Below are positions 63,866 through 64,000 of a stretch of 64,000 nucleotides of DNA, piece by piece. This DNA is from Actinomycetota bacterium. GTDB taxonomy: Bacteria > Actinomycetota > UBA4738 > HRBIN12. The DNA lies in contig JBOGVD010000102.1 in NCBI GenBank assembly GCA_050696355.1, forward strand, positions 1,027 to 65,026, given 5' to 3'. The notes below the pieces were generated by a model that was not told the DNA's origin, did not search any database, and worked only from the letters and a program-made list of their open reading frames with translations. Position 1 is the stretch's first letter, and each line of letters starts with the position of its first letter. A program made the translations under genes and the position numbers.

Positions 63866-64000
63866 CCGGCTCGAGCTCACGGCGCGGACGCGAGCTCAGG
63901 CGGGCCTGTGTCCGCGGCGCCGACCTTACAAGCGGCGGCACTGATCCTCCTTGTTCCCGTGCACCACGTTGCCACCGCCGAAGGGCGCCGGACGGTTCTC

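Noticed and set aside
1-63999. CRISPR arrays or other regularly spaced non-coding repeats.
   Set aside because: No short repeat with regular unique spacers was seen. The periodic sequences found are coding: RTX GGxGxD nonapeptides at 44.9-46.0 kb, Ser/Pro linker at 63.58-63.66 kb, and an Asp/Pro-rich tract at 61.1-61.4 kb.

Overview
Visibly GC-rich chromosomal segment that looks like Actinomycetota: Kgd-type 2-oxoglutarate dehydrogenase, DivIVA, an LPXTG-type sortase substrate, ECF sigma/anti-sigma, and a sirA-cysH sulfate-assimilation operon. About 60 genes can be supported. Most long antisense ORFs in the track are GC-driven shadow ORFs.

Layout:
- 0.1-7.3 kb: minus-strand copper cluster (SHOCT, CopA, CopC-CopD fusion, CcdA, TlpA/ResA-like). 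The ccdA and tlpA-like genes each carry a frameshift.
- 7.7-11.3 kb: decayed integrative-element region (integrase stub, tRNA 3' stub, three rotting copies of one HTH-like gene) with a few intact small regulators.
- 11-47 kb: housekeeping and accessory genes (membrane spermidine-synthase-like protein, GAPDH, Kgd, transaldolase-PGI fusion, APC permease, NuoF-like protein, RTX-type protein).
- 48-53 kb: lipoprotein, ECF sigma, large anti-sigma, M15 peptidase operon.
- 53-57 kb: siroheme and sulfite/APS reductase operon.
- 57-63 kb: four-gene two-component operon with two REC-EAL proteins, one with a degenerate EAL.

Main finding: a two-gene cassette occurs twice (15.2-16.1 kb on the minus strand, 36.5-37.3 kb on the plus strand). 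In both copies a rhodanese-CBS reading frame is interrupted by one in-frame TGA inside the rhodanese active-site loop (YCWDSA-TGA-DLS). From memory, related rhodaneses carry a second Cys at that position. The frame stays open and conserved downstream, and most differences between the copies there are synonymous. An identical hairpin follows 12 nt after the TGA. This fits an unannotated selenocysteine (Cys-x4-Sec) protein, coupled to a conserved Cys-rich mini-protein of unknown family. No Sec machinery lies in this window, so the call is an inference.

Other points: reciprocal decay of a duplicated regulator/DUF2935-like module that shares an AT-rich palindrome, mirror-symmetric paralogue order suggesting an old inverted duplication, and a CBS plus eRF1-like (baeRF-type) pair.
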